Shown here one piece after another: positions 11,001 through 20,301 of a stretch of DNA of 64,000 nt (position 1 is its first letter; each line of letters starts with the position of its first letter). Source of the DNA: a virus (taxonomy: Duplodnaviria; Caudoviricetes); IMG/VR virus record IMGVR_UViG_3300020037_002952, positions 49,330 through 113,329 of that record. The stretch is one strand, 5' to 3'. Under the pieces are notes generated by a model that saw only the letters and a list, made by a program, of their open reading frames with translations, made no database searches and was not told the origin of the DNA. The position numbers and the translations under genes are program-made.

Positions 11001-11921
11001 TTTAGTACCTCAAGAAAAGCCTTTGTTCCAAAAATCATACGCAAGCATCTTCCACGAAGAGCAATAGTTTCTATCGAAAGAGTAAAAGATCAAGAAATTC
11101 GTTGTATCACAGTTGATGCGAAAGACAGCTTGTATCTTATTGGCGAAGAAATGATTGTAACACATAATACGGTGTGGAGCATCAACATGTTCCATCGCAT
11201 GAGAATGGCGGACCCGAACTTTAATGTGCTCTTTGTTTCTTTGGAACAAACAAGAAATGAATGGTTCGAGCGTGCTCATAGAATCCATTCATTTTATGAA
11301 CCGGGCGTTACGATTATTGATACAGTTAATTACTGGAAAAATAATCTACTTCTCATAGATAAGAACAAGATTACCGAAGCTCAATTAATTGATTCGCTAG
11401 ACCAATATACTTACGAGATGGGCAAAGGCCCAGATTTCACTCTCGTTGATTATGTTGGATACTATGCTCGCTCATTCAAAGGCAACAGCAAAGAACAAAC
11501 GCAAGATGCCATCATGGGCATTAAAGAAATAGCTAAAGATTTTGAGACTGTCGTCGGTGCTCCTGCTCAGGCTAACAGAACTGGGGACATTGGAGAAGAG
11601 CTAACGCTAGAGATGTTTAAAGATGCCGCCAGTATCGAAGAGACTTCTGATATCGTTCTTAGCCTCTGGAATCCAGACATGAGAGTCAAACAGGATTCTA
11701 ATGAAGAAAATGCTGGAGTAGTTATGCAAAGACTTCTAAAGTCTAGAAATGGTGGAGTTGGAACTTTATTGAAATACCAATTTGCTCCACTTACTTTAGC
11801 TATGGTTTCTCATGATGATCCTCTTTACGATAGGGCAGTCAGAGAAAGAAGTTATGCTATGGCTGGCGATAGTTGGAAGGTTGCCGTTCAACGGCACTTG
11901 ACAAACTCTACAGAACTGTGA
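8100..11921 (+). CDS. DNA primase-helicase (zinc finger, TOPRIM, DnaB-like) with two inteins
   Basis: CFFH...CFRC zinc finger; EGE|CD TOPRIM; FDQDAAG; SRTGSGK|T Walker A; VDYVG; QANR; KSRNG. Confidence 0.92.
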   Translation: MDIVEYLEEKGCEVRPAGSGNVRTKCFFHGEEGTNQGRLYINIEDPDKEGLFFCFRCQERGNINKIRQHFGDPAIKTTAVESDNPIYETAAKYYHERLFENPEAYRYLTMERGLTDETIIQARLGCADGGLSNHLLAQGYVPELIKDSGLVNAYGQDYFHDKEIIFPYLKFGRAVQLRGKKIGGITKGLQGVQTMLYGTDSMIGEQTVMLAEGECFPGDAQVLTRDGWVSFEDLGDQEVAQVDESLQTTFVKPIAKIEKEFNGDLVEYSNSQRFYSLTTPKHNMVGWRKVNGKRAWAKRTAEEGFPHNYSTPRIGLIDGPGVPISNTQIRFALAVAADFSIREGVGSRYVHAGFQKERKILAIQEILEELGIPYKTAPYKTKKGIYIHFRLPDSYSDPESPLYVSKLLSWSWISEMSLEQKEFVIREQAFWDGNHVRDRNQLEFSSKHYSEAEWMQAMSSTAGYCSTIMPRSNQFGDWYKVSILLDKQTTNWLSLNKSKKYVPYSGQVYCVTVPSGMILVRQDECVSVSGNCDTLTLHQMGFTAVGLPGVHTWKDEWTEDFEDVKRAYIIFDQDAAGRSGAEKLAGKLGPKARIVELPKKGIDINDWYVKYGKQSEDFEFLFSKAKGGMLITVEMSYDRWLEVEGNDHLAGLRFNIAPLDKAMGYGMLPGQVLTIMSRTGSGKGHPLDTRVVTPNGVRYWGDLKEGDYIYGSQGQPTQITNIYDRGILPTYRVSFTDGTNVLCDGDHIWNVHKDTWKDRFDFRNKTTSEILKEGILTIKHGDRNSYRFNIPLTQPIQFPKKDLKIGPYTMGTLLANGHLSGTSTDFRTPDAEVVERIIKEGHEVNSTKQYENTCQGYRVIGVRDFVRQYKVDVKSADKFIPEDYLFSSVDDRIALLQGLMDGDGTNLGVTQKVAYCTTSHQLALDVIQLVRSLGGTGRYTCLNRVGDNGKAYKDIHVSIMMSENIPPFSTSRKAFVPKIIRKHLPRRAIVSIERVKDQEIRCITVDAKDSLYLIGEEMIVTHNTVWSINMFHRMRMADPNFNVLFVSLEQTRNEWFERAHRIHSFYEPGVTIIDTVNYWKNNLLLIDKNKITEAQLIDSLDQYTYEMGKGPDFTLVDYVGYYARSFKGNSKEQTQDAIMGIKEIAKDFETVVGAPAQANRTGDIGEELTLEMFKDAASIEETSDIVLSLWNPDMRVKQDSNEENAGVVMQRLLKSRNGGVGTLLKYQFAPLTLAMVSHDDPLYDRAVRERSYAMAGDSWKVAVQRHLTNSTEL
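8742..9692 (+). mobile_element. Intein (317 aa) in the TOPRIM EGxxD motif, with endonuclease domain
   Basis: Starts CFPGDAQVLT; TPKHNM block B; ends VYCVTVPSG...VSGN|C. Confidence 0.9.
10149..11168 (+). mobile_element. Class-3-type intein (340 aa) in the helicase Walker A, with LAGLIDADG endonuclease
   Basis: Starts Gly (GHPLDT); CDGDHIW (Trp); LLQGLMDGDG; IRCITV (Cys); VTHN|T. Confidence 0.88.
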
Positions 11922-11927
11922 TAGGAT
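11898..11927 (+). promoter_or_regulatory. Sigma70-type promoter, probably leaderless
   Basis: TTGACA-N18-TAGGAT with TG extension; ATG at 11934. Confidence 0.65.
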
Positions 11928-11933
11928 GATATT

Positions 11934-12308
11934 ATGAAAAATCTCACCGAAGACGGTATTGAAACAGTAGATGGTAGACCAGTTGAGGTCTATGAAGCTA
12001 AGATTATCAATGCCTTTGAAATGGAATGTGATGATGCTATTGGGATTTCTGATGGCGACCTTATGACATTCATTGTCACTGTTCGTGCTGAAACGCCCAA
12101 GTTTATCAGCGTCAAAAAATCCGGCATTCTTAAACGCCAGAATCAGTTTAGAGTTCAGGAAGTAAAAGTTATGGACTCTGATGTAGCAAAACTCGTATAT
12201 GATACCGCCGAGGTAGCAGTCAGCGGAGTTAATGCCGACCTCGTGAAAGTCTCACATATGAATACTAATGCACAACTTGGATTTAACCCAGAGGATGGAA
12301 AGCTATGA
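11934..12308 (+). CDS. Hypothetical protein
   Basis: 124-aa ORF after the promoter. Confidence 0.6.
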   Translation: MKNLTEDGIETVDGRPVEVYEAKIINAFEMECDDAIGISDGDLMTFIVTVRAETPKFISVKKSGILKRQNQFRVQEVKVMDSDVAKLVYDTAEVAVSGVNADLVKVSHMNTNAQLGFNPEDGKL

Positions 12309-12592
12309 CAGAAGAAGAAGCACCAGAAGAAGCACCAGATAAAATAAGCCTTCTACAAGAGGCGCTAGAATCAGATATGTTTATTTCTTCTATCTCTTTT
12401 GATACAGAGAGTTTACAATTTGATCTCGTTGACGATACTAAGCAATCCGAATCCGTTTTTGTCGGAGAAACAATGGTCCTTAAAGTCAAAGGAAACGAAG
12501 AGCTTGAAGAAGCATATTATCACTTGCAGGATTTGGCGCAGATTCTCGTGAGAGATGCTCATGTAACACGGAGAGAAGAATTAAATGGCTAG
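12305..12592 (+). CDS. Hypothetical acidic protein
   Basis: ATGA overlap with the previous ORF. Confidence 0.6.
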   Translation: MTEEEAPEEAPDKISLLQEALESDMFISSISFDTESLQFDLVDDTKQSESVFVGETMVLKVKGNEELEEAYYHLQDLAQILVRDAHVTRREELNG

Positions 12593-12749
12593 TAGACCAC
12601 TGAAAGAACAACTCATTACATATCTTGAAGCAAATACGACAAACCTTAACTTAAACGAGGTAGAGCGGACGGCAGATCAGATTATTGCGATTGTTTTACA
12701 GCACCTTGACGGCACACAACTTACTCTTCCAAACACATCTGATGACTGA
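12585..12749 (+). CDS. Small hypothetical protein (54 aa, not in ORF track)
   Basis: MASRPLKEQLITYLE...SDD* fills the gap exactly between neighbours. Confidence 0.55.
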   Translation: MASRPLKEQLITYLEANTTNLNLNEVERTADQIIAIVLQHLDGTQLTLPNTSDD

Positions 12750-13223
12750 ATGGCCAACGTCAGATGTGGTTTTTGTAAAACTTTCATACCTAAGGAGAGT
12801 GCTATTCCTTACGGCTTATCTCATTTCTGTAATTCAGATTGTCTTACGAGTAAGCGTTTTCAAAAACCACCCCCCCAAAAGTCGGTGAAAAAAAATGTTA
12901 AAAAGAAAACCAAAGCTCCAGGTCTTACAGCAGAAACGAGAGAGCAAGTATTACACAGAGACTCATACAGATGCAGGTTCTGCGGTACTCATCAAGATTT
13001 ATGTGTTCATCATGTGGTGTATAAGAGTGACCCAAAAAATAGACCGTGGGAAAATCAAACCTCGAATCTGATCACACTTTGCAACCAAATTTGCCACCTA
13101 AACAAGGTGCATGGCAACAAGAAGAAGTATCAAAAACTTTGCCTACAAATTATTTGGCTGGCAGAAGTTATGAATGATAAGCATACAACAATACAACAAT
13201 TGGAAAAACAAAATGATAATTAG
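12750..13223 (+). CDS. HNH endonuclease with N-terminal Zn motif (NinG/Rap-like)
   Basis: CGFC...FCNSDC; RDSYRCRFCG...VHH...NLITLC...CH...VH. Confidence 0.8.
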   Translation: MANVRCGFCKTFIPKESAIPYGLSHFCNSDCLTSKRFQKPPPQKSVKKNVKKKTKAPGLTAETREQVLHRDSYRCRFCGTHQDLCVHHVVYKSDPKNRPWENQTSNLITLCNQICHLNKVHGNKKKYQKLCLQIIWLAEVMNDKHTTIQQLEKQNDN

Positions 13224-13457
13224 TACACGAGAATATACGATAGTTACCACTAGGCGTACTCCACATTCTAATGTAGACTGGTCAATTAGGGGTACAGTTG
13301 GAGAAGAAATCGCTCAATCTAGTTCTTGGTTCGGATGTCCTACACATAGAAGCGCTCGAAAAGCGGCTAAGCGTTGGCTGAAGCAGAATGCTGCACCAGT
13401 CGATCAAAGGCCAGCTAAAGTAAAGACAACTAAATACACAATGAAATTTGAGGACAA

Positions 13458-13721
13458 ATGAGAATTAAGAACATATCTTTAGACGATGAGGAAATGCCGG
13501 AGATAATTCTGGCAGAGCTAACCATAAAAGAGCTTGCTCTGATTCACTTTTTAGTTGGAGGATTACGACCAGATCAACTTAACGAAGCATTGGGATTCGA
13601 TTATAAAATTTCGTCTGATATTTTCAACGGGGCTTGTCAGGTTTTTAATCGATTTTGGGATGACGGAGTGAACGAATATGCTTCTTGTAAATCGCCAACC
13701 GTTACTTTATCAAGGGGATAA
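13458..13721 (+). CDS. Hypothetical protein
   Basis: GAGG RBS and ATGA coupling. Confidence 0.55.
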   Translation: MRIKNISLDDEEMPEIILAELTIKELALIHFLVGGLRPDQLNEALGFDYKISSDIFNGACQVFNRFWDDGVNEYASCKSPTVTLSRG

Positions 13722-13917
13722 TAATGCATCATAAATTGGAAGACGTTAAGAAAGAAAGATCTTTGCCAGAACGATTAAGACGGGCGGCTGAGTTACATTC
13801 AGAGACTAAAGATTTACTTTTAGAAGCTGCTAATGAAATTGAAAGACTCAGACCACGAGTGGCCGCATCTGGTCCGAATCATTACAGTTTTCATAAAGAT
13901 ATGTGGGAGAACGACTG

Positions 13918-14217
13918 ATGAAGTCAATTCAAGATATGGTTATCGACGACATTGAAGAACGTAAGAAGATTGGCATCGAAACGTATGGCGAAGAACTTTT
14001 TCAGAATCGTCACGGAAGAAATATGCTTGTTGAAGCGTATGCCGAAGCGATGGATTTGGTGATTTATTTAAAGTGTGCTATAGTTGAACAAGAAGAAAAT
14101 GAGAAAGCTAAGGAATTTGGTGTGCCTACAGAAACCTCGATTCGTCACAGTGATGGATCGAAAGAAAATGTCATGCGAATTCCGCTAAGAGATATCTATA
14201 CGCCACCGACCTCTTGA
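13918..14217 (+). CDS. Conserved phage protein (GIETYG...EAYAEAMDLVIYL; possible MazG-like helical fold)
   Basis: Motif resemblance only. Confidence 0.45.
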   Translation: MKSIQDMVIDDIEERKKIGIETYGEELFQNRHGRNMLVEAYAEAMDLVIYLKCAIVEQEENEKAKEFGVPTETSIRHSDGSKENVMRIPLRDIYTPPTS

Positions 14218-14227
14218 AAAGAGTCAA

Positions 14228-17200
14228 GTGAAACAATTTGTTAACCTTCACGCACATTCATCTTACAGTCAATTAGATGGTGCTTCTAAAATCTCAGAAT
14301 ATGTAGCAAGAGTTAAAGAACTTGGTATGCCGAGCGCTGGTATCAGCGATCACGGGAACTTAAGTGGCATCATTGACTTCTATAAAGAATGTAAAAAACA
14401 AGAAGTAAGACCTGTACTTGGTATTGAGGCATATTTTACTGACAATAGATTCCTCCGGGAAGGCGTGAAACAAGAAGATGCTAATGGCGAAATCACTGGT
14501 AGTGATAAACGATATTATCATCTTAGTGTTTATGCTGAGAACAACGAAGGCTACCACAATCTTCTAAAGCTCTCTAGCGACTCTTACTTAAATGGCTTCT
14601 ATCATAAAGCTAGGGCTGACTATTCTTCGCTGGCACAGTATTCAAAAGGGCTTATTGTTGGCTCGGGCTGTCTGGGTGGCCCAGTTCTACAACCTTTGTT
14701 AAATGGAAACTTTCTTGCTGCCTTAGATACTGCACAGAGATTGCAGGACATCGTTGGGAAAGATAACTTCTTTATTGAGTTAATGAATCATGGACTCCCG
14801 GAGCAGAAGAAAACTAATCCTTTACTTTTAGATATCGCTAAAAGAATCGGAGCGCAAGCCTACGCTAGCCAAGATTCACATTATACTCATAAACATGATG
14901 CTCCTGCACATGAGATCCTTTTATGCTGCTCTACCGGAAGTCAGCTTTCTGATCCTAAGAGATTCCACTTTCATAACGATGAATACTATCTTAAGTCTTC
15001 TGAAGAAATGCGGACGATCTTTGCCGACAATGAAGAAGTTTGCGATAATACGTTAGTGATTGCAGAGCGATGCAATGTGGATATTGATTTTGATAGTCTG
15101 CACTTGCCTCAATTCCCTGTCCCAGAAGGATTTAAAGACGACGTAGAATATTTAGTTCATCTTGTGGTGAAAGGTATTCAAGAAAAATTCCCCAATGCTT
15201 CAGAAGAAGTTTGGGAGCGTGCTGAGTATGAACTTGGAGTCTTCCAGTCTATGGGTGTTTCTTCATACATGCTTATCATTTGGGACATCATTGAGTTTGC
15301 TAAACGAGAAGGAATGTTTATTTCTCCTGGTCGTGGATCAGTTGCTGGTTGTTTTGTCGCGTATTTATTAGGGATTACCAAAGTTGATCCATTAAAGTAT
15401 GGGCTAATCTTCGAACGGTTTCTTAACCCGAGTCGTATTGCTCTACCTGACGTGGACTTGGATCTCGAACAAAGGTACAGAGAAAAGGTTATCAACTATA
15501 CTATTGATCAGTATGGTCGAGACTTCGTTGCACAGATCACAACGTTTAACACGATTAAAGCAAGAACGGCTGTGAGAGACGCTGCGAGAGTTTTGGGTCA
15601 TCCGCCTCAGATGGGTAATCAGATCTCTAAACTCATGCCACAGCTTATCAGCGGAGTTGATACGCCTCTTTGGGCTTGCCTTGAAAAGAGTCCTAAATAT
15701 GAGCAAGGTTATCATAACGCTCAGGGATTGCGAGATCTGTATAACTCCGACAATAATGTAAAGATCATTATTGATGCTGCCGTTGGGATCGAAGGTCTTA
15801 TTAAATCTTCCGGCAAACATGCCGCTGCTGTGGTTATTGGTGATCGTCCCTTAAACGAACTCGTTCCACTTATGTATGATAAAGATGGTGGAGTTGTTAT
15901 CCAGTGGGGCAAAAAGACTGTTGAAGCTTTGGGTCTTGTAAAGATGGATTACCTTGGCCTAAAAAACCTTGACATTCTCTCCGACACTCAAGCATTGATC
16001 AGAAAAGATGATCCGAGTTTTGATATTGATGAACTGCCGATGGACGATCCAGAAACTTACGGGATGTTAAGAGAAGGCTTTTCACTTGGCTGTTTCCAGA
16101 TTGAGGGAAGTGGGATGAGAGAGCTTCTTAAACGGCTTAAACCAAGCGGGATTAACGATCTCTCGGCTGTTCTAGCTCTTTATCGCCCAGGTCCAATGGC
16201 GTCAAACTGGCATAATGATTATGCTGATAGAAAAAACGGGCGTCAAGTTGCGATACCATTCCACGAGGATGCTAGAGATATCCTTGAATCTACCTATCAG
16301 CTTTGTATCTATCAAGAGCAGATCCTAAAGATCGCCAACAAGTTCGCCGGATACTCTCTAACAGAGGCTGACAACCTACGGAAGATTATTGGTAAAAAAG
16401 AGATAGATGAAATGAAGGCAGAGTCCGGCAAGTTCATTGACGGATGTATCGATCAAGGTTATGAACCAGAGATGGCTCAGGATCTTTTCCATGCACTCGA
16501 AGGATTTAGTGCTTATGGATTCAACTCTGCTCACTCTATGGCGTATGCTTTCATCTCTTATTGGACAGCTTACTTAAAGAAGCATTATCCAAGAGAGTAC
16601 ATGGCCAGCCTATGCTCTGCTGTTATGGATGATCTTGATAGCACTGCTGTTTATCTCAATGAAGCCCGCAGAATGGGTCTAGCAATTTACCCGCCAGATC
16701 TAAATACTTCAGCGACAGAATACACAGTTGAGTCTGATGGCATTCGTATTGGTCTAAACACATTGAAAAATGTTGGTGAAGCTCCGACGGTAAAAATTAT
16801 TGAGGAAAGAACTATTAAACCATTTGATAGTCTCTATGATTTTGCATACAGAGTTAATCCTAATGTTAAGACCCTACGCTCTTTGGCTTGGGCTGGTGCT
16901 TTAGATCAGTACGGGACTCGTCAAGGAATCGGCATTGTTGCGGAAGACATTCTAAAAGCAACAAGAAAAGAACGTAAAAAGTCTGAGAATCAACTTGGTC
17001 TTTTCGAAGAAGCAGATGTTGGAGTAGATTTTCAGATCCCCAATACAGAATTCCAGTGGCATGAATTTCTTAACAAAGAAAAAGAAACGTTAGGACTTTA
17101 TGTTTCTGGTCATCCTTTATCAGATTACGGCGAGTACAAAACAGACGTAACGATTAGCGACATTAAATCTACTGATCAAAACAAATCATTCAAAGTTTTA

Positions 17201-17671
17201 GCTATGATTAATACGCTTGAGATTAAATACACTAAAAAGCAAGAGATCATGGCTATTCTTTCGGTAGAAGATGAGACTGGAACAATAGAAGTTGTTGTTT
17301 TCCCAAGCCAATATACTAAAGCTTGCAAAGATCTTATTGCTGGTGCTATCGCTCATCTTTGGATTCGTCCTGGATCTGATTACCGAGATGAAAAGAATTA
17401 TATTCTCGGTGGCGCAGAAGGAATTAAATCAAAAATCCAAGTTGCAACGGACGAAAGATTCGGAGTATTTCTTCCGAGAGGGTTAAATCGCAGCACAGAG
17501 CACATGGGAAAACTCAAAGCTATTCTTTTGCAAAATAAAGGAAGAACACCCATTGATGTATACATTAGTAGGTCTACAACTTTAAGTATGGAAGACGTAT
17601 TTCTTGTAGATGATAGTGAGAAATTCCGACTTGAAATCAAGAATCTTTTTATCGATTATGCGTCGATATAA
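14228..17671 (+). CDS. dnaE: DNA polymerase III alpha subunit
   Basis: PHP domain LHAHSSYSQLDG and SDHG; PGRGSVAG; FERFLNP; PDVDLD; KMDYLGL; YGFNSAH; C-terminal OB fold. Confidence 0.97.
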   Translation: MKQFVNLHAHSSYSQLDGASKISEYVARVKELGMPSAGISDHGNLSGIIDFYKECKKQEVRPVLGIEAYFTDNRFLREGVKQEDANGEITGSDKRYYHLSVYAENNEGYHNLLKLSSDSYLNGFYHKARADYSSLAQYSKGLIVGSGCLGGPVLQPLLNGNFLAALDTAQRLQDIVGKDNFFIELMNHGLPEQKKTNPLLLDIAKRIGAQAYASQDSHYTHKHDAPAHEILLCCSTGSQLSDPKRFHFHNDEYYLKSSEEMRTIFADNEEVCDNTLVIAERCNVDIDFDSLHLPQFPVPEGFKDDVEYLVHLVVKGIQEKFPNASEEVWERAEYELGVFQSMGVSSYMLIIWDIIEFAKREGMFISPGRGSVAGCFVAYLLGITKVDPLKYGLIFERFLNPSRIALPDVDLDLEQRYREKVINYTIDQYGRDFVAQITTFNTIKARTAVRDAARVLGHPPQMGNQISKLMPQLISGVDTPLWACLEKSPKYEQGYHNAQGLRDLYNSDNNVKIIIDAAVGIEGLIKSSGKHAAAVVIGDRPLNELVPLMYDKDGGVVIQWGKKTVEALGLVKMDYLGLKNLDILSDTQALIRKDDPSFDIDELPMDDPETYGMLREGFSLGCFQIEGSGMRELLKRLKPSGINDLSAVLALYRPGPMASNWHNDYADRKNGRQVAIPFHEDARDILESTYQLCIYQEQILKIANKFAGYSLTEADNLRKIIGKKEIDEMKAESGKFIDGCIDQGYEPEMAQDLFHALEGFSAYGFNSAHSMAYAFISYWTAYLKKHYPREYMASLCSAVMDDLDSTAVYLNEARRMGLAIYPPDLNTSATEYTVESDGIRIGLNTLKNVGEAPTVKIIEERTIKPFDSLYDFAYRVNPNVKTLRSLAWAGALDQYGTRQGIGIVAEDILKATRKERKKSENQLGLFEEADVGVDFQIPNTEFQWHEFLNKEKETLGLYVSGHPLSDYGEYKTDVTISDIKSTDQNKSFKVLAMINTLEIKYTKKQEIMAILSVEDETGTIEVVVFPSQYTKACKDLIAGAIAHLWIRPGSDYRDEKNYILGGAEGIKSKIQVATDERFGVFLPRGLNRSTEHMGKLKAILLQNKGRTPIDVYISRSTTLSMEDVFLVDDSEKFRLEIKNLFIDYASI

Positions 17672-17826
17672 TAAGTATGACAAACAGAAAGAAAGATATG
17701 AAAACTAAACAACAGGTGGCCGAGTCGTAATGGGAGACGGTAATCCGTGGTCTTATGATAAAAAGCAGGCCAAGAAGAAAAAGAAACAAATGCAAGCAAA
17801 TTGGTATAGAGAAACAGAAGAGGATT

Positions 17827-18795
17827 ATGGCCAAGACGGCAAAAAAAAGTCTCAGTGATATTGGTAACCTTGAACGGTTAGATGATATTGAAGATAGAGA
17901 AAAGATCCCAACAGGTATCTACAACCTAGATAAGATTCTCACAGGAGGGATTCCCAAAGGAACCATTGTTGAAGCTTTCGGCAAAGAAGGTGGAGCTAAA
18001 AGTTGTATTGGACTTCAACTTATCGGTCAAGCTCAAAATCATGGTGAATGTGTTTACTACGATCTAGAAAATGCTTTCGATCCTAAAAAGGCCGCTAACT
18101 CCGGCATCGACACAAAGAAGCTTTATTTTGGTAAGCCTTCTTCTGGCGAGGAAATGTTTGGTGAGCTTGAAGAAATTCTTGGAACTCCTGGTGTTTCTTG
18201 TGTTGTGATTGACTCAGTTGCAGCGATCCAAACAGAAGCGCAGCTTGCTGGTGATTATGGAGATGCTCTTGTTGCTAGTCTCGCTCGACTTATGTCTCCG
18301 GGCTTAGGTAAGTTGAATGACTTTATGCGTCAAAATAATCCTGACACCATCTTGTTCTTCATCAATCAGGTCCGAGAAAACATTGGTGGCTTCGGAGGCG
18401 GGTTTAGTTCTGGTCCTACAGAGTTTACTCCTGGTGGCCGTGGGCTAAAGTTTTATGCTTCTACTCGATTAAAGGTTGCTCGTATGCAGACCCTCAAGAA
18501 TAATGAGGTTGCCTATGGACAGAAAACTGTTGTTGAAAGTGTGAAGAGCAGATTCTCCCCTCCTTTTCAGAAGACAACTTTCGACTTATATTACGATACT
18601 GACATAGGAGTGAGTAACGAATCATCAATTTTCGATGACGCTGTTTCAGCGGGACTCATTAAGAAAGCAGGCTCGTGGTATAGTAACGCAGATGGCGAAT
18701 CTCTGGGCCAAGGAAAGGATAAGGTGCTCGCTAAAATGCGTAGTGAACCAGATTTTACTGCTGATCTATTGGCTAAAATTGAGGGTTCTGAGTAA
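17827..18795 (+). CDS. recA: RecA recombinase
   Basis: GGIPKG, DLENAFDP, VIDSVAA, ARLMS, FINQVRE, PGGRGLKFYAS, KAGSWY; GAGGA RBS before ATG 17827. Confidence 0.95.
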   Translation: MAKTAKKSLSDIGNLERLDDIEDREKIPTGIYNLDKILTGGIPKGTIVEAFGKEGGAKSCIGLQLIGQAQNHGECVYYDLENAFDPKKAANSGIDTKKLYFGKPSSGEEMFGELEEILGTPGVSCVVIDSVAAIQTEAQLAGDYGDALVASLARLMSPGLGKLNDFMRQNNPDTILFFINQVRENIGGFGGGFSSGPTEFTPGGRGLKFYASTRLKVARMQTLKNNEVAYGQKTVVESVKSRFSPPFQKTTFDLYYDTDIGVSNESSIFDDAVSAGLIKKAGSWYSNADGESLGQGKDKVLAKMRSEPDFTADLLAKIEGSE

Positions 18796-18800
18796 CCGAC

Positions 18801-18829
18801 TTGACAAAACTGTAACATTGTCGTAATAT
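18801..18829 (+). promoter_or_regulatory. Sigma70-type promoter overlapping a GTCGWWAWWW motif
   Basis: TTGACA-N17-TAATAT; GTCGTAATAT at 18820-18829. Confidence 0.65.
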
Positions 18830-18883
18830 ATAGGTAGAGTGTTTCACTCACCTCAAATCCAAGCCAGTGAGAATCTGGATGGT

Positions 18884-18916
18884 AAAGCGGTGGCTCTCGG
18901 GTCGCCGCTTTGTTTT
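18884..18916 (+). terminator. Intrinsic terminator-like hairpin in the 5' leader of the transglycosylase gene
   Basis: AAAGCGGTGGC-TCTCGG-GTCGCCGCTTT followed by GTTTT. Confidence 0.65.
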
Positions 18917-18939
18917 ATCCCACGACGGAAGGAATTTCC

Positions 18940-19362
18940 ATGTTACGAAAAACAAGTATAATTATCATTGCCCTATTAGCCCTAGTTTCTGTGTCATGCA
19001 CGAAACGTGAAGTTGAGATTTATAAACAGCTACATCCATACCAACAAGAGCAGGTCATCAAAGCCCATGCTCACAAACAACCAAAAGTAATTCAACGAGT
19101 TTCTCAACCAAGAAGTGTTGAGCAAATGATTCGAGATCGGTGGCCAGACGAACATGAAGATCGGGCAGTAAGGATTGCAAAGTGTGAAAGCGGGCTAGTC
19201 GCTACGGCTCGTAATCGTCATTCCTCCGCTTCGGGAGTCTTTCAAATGATCAAAGCGCACTGGCAGGGCCGATGGAACCCATTCGACGCAAAAGCTAATA
19301 TTGAGGGAGCATATCAGTTGTGGCTACGTTCAGGATGGCGTCCATGGGTCTGTAAGGGATAG
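18940..19362 (+). CDS. Lipoprotein with lysozyme-like/lytic transglycosylase (SLT/Rpf-like) domain
   Basis: Signal peptide with lipobox VSVSC; RIAKCESG catalytic Glu; SASGVFQ; GWRPWVC. Confidence 0.8.
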   Translation: MLRKTSIIIIALLALVSVSCTKREVEIYKQLHPYQQEQVIKAHAHKQPKVIQRVSQPRSVEQMIRDRWPDEHEDRAVRIAKCESGLVATARNRHSSASGVFQMIKAHWQGRWNPFDAKANIEGAYQLWLRSGWRPWVCKG

Positions 19363-19374
19363 GAGAAAATTTTA

Positions 19375-20025
19375 ATGCCTAAAATTATACGATACTTTCC
19401 TGGAGAAAGGTACGGAAAACTCATTTTCATCGAAGAGATCAAATCCAAAATTGGGTCAAATGGTTATAAAAAACGATTTGGAGAATTTCTTTGCGATTGT
19501 GGTAACATCTGTCAAGTATATATGGGAGATGTTAGAAGTGGACATACCAAAAGTTGTGGCTGCCTAGTTGCTGAAACTACGATTTTAAGATCTACTATCC
19601 ACGGAAAATCTAAAGGAGGTAAAAATGACCCATTATATCAATCCTGGCTTTCAATGAACCGGAGAACCTCGGAAAAATATTGGGTTAAAAATCCTAGTTA
19701 TACTGGAGTTTTGCGCGATGAGCGTTGGATGACCTTTCAAGGATTTATAGATAACCCACCTTCGGGAGAATTTGAGCCTGGTAAAGTTTTAGCTAGAACT
19801 GGAGATATAGGAAATTATTCTCCAGAAAATTGCAGGTGGGCCTCTAAGTCAGAAAATCTAGCAGAGTATATTGAACATAGCGAAACTAAATTGCCTGATG
19901 GACGTGGGGCAAGCAAAGTGGCCGCTGAACACGGAATACCTATTAAGCAATGGTGGGCAAGAGTTAACGTTCTTGGATGGGACATTGAGCGAGCAGTTAC
20001 TACACCAATCAAAAGTAAAAGTTAA
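19375..20025 (+). CDS. Free-standing HNH-like homing endonuclease
   Basis: GERYGKL...CDCGN...SGHTKSCGC, LYQSWLSM and GNYSPENCRWA, typical of phage homing endonucleases. Confidence 0.8.
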   Translation: MPKIIRYFPGERYGKLIFIEEIKSKIGSNGYKKRFGEFLCDCGNICQVYMGDVRSGHTKSCGCLVAETTILRSTIHGKSKGGKNDPLYQSWLSMNRRTSEKYWVKNPSYTGVLRDERWMTFQGFIDNPPSGEFEPGKVLARTGDIGNYSPENCRWASKSENLAEYIEHSETKLPDGRGASKVAAEHGIPIKQWWARVNVLGWDIERAVTTPIKSKS

Positions 20026-20051
20026 GTAAAGGATAGATTAAAATTTAACCT

Positions 20052-20106
20052 AGAACGCAAAAAATCCCCTGACTTTCCAGTAAATCTGGTGAGTCAGGGG
20101 ATTTTG
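20052..20106. terminator. Bidirectional terminator 1 at the strand-convergence point
   Basis: AAAATCCCCTGACT...AGTCAGGGGATTTT. Confidence 0.8.
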
Positions 20107-20301
20107 TCATATCTGAACGAATTTAGGCCGCCGTACAGCCTCTCTCAGAGGCTCCTGGGATAGCTGGGCGGGGGTAGGGGCGGACAGGTAGCCGAGGCGC
20201 TGAGCATGGCTCTGTGGGGCTCTGAGAGCACTGGCCACGAACGGACACGAACGATGGCTGTAAACCGAACCTGTGAGCGTTCTCAGGTTCAGAATGTCCC
20301 C

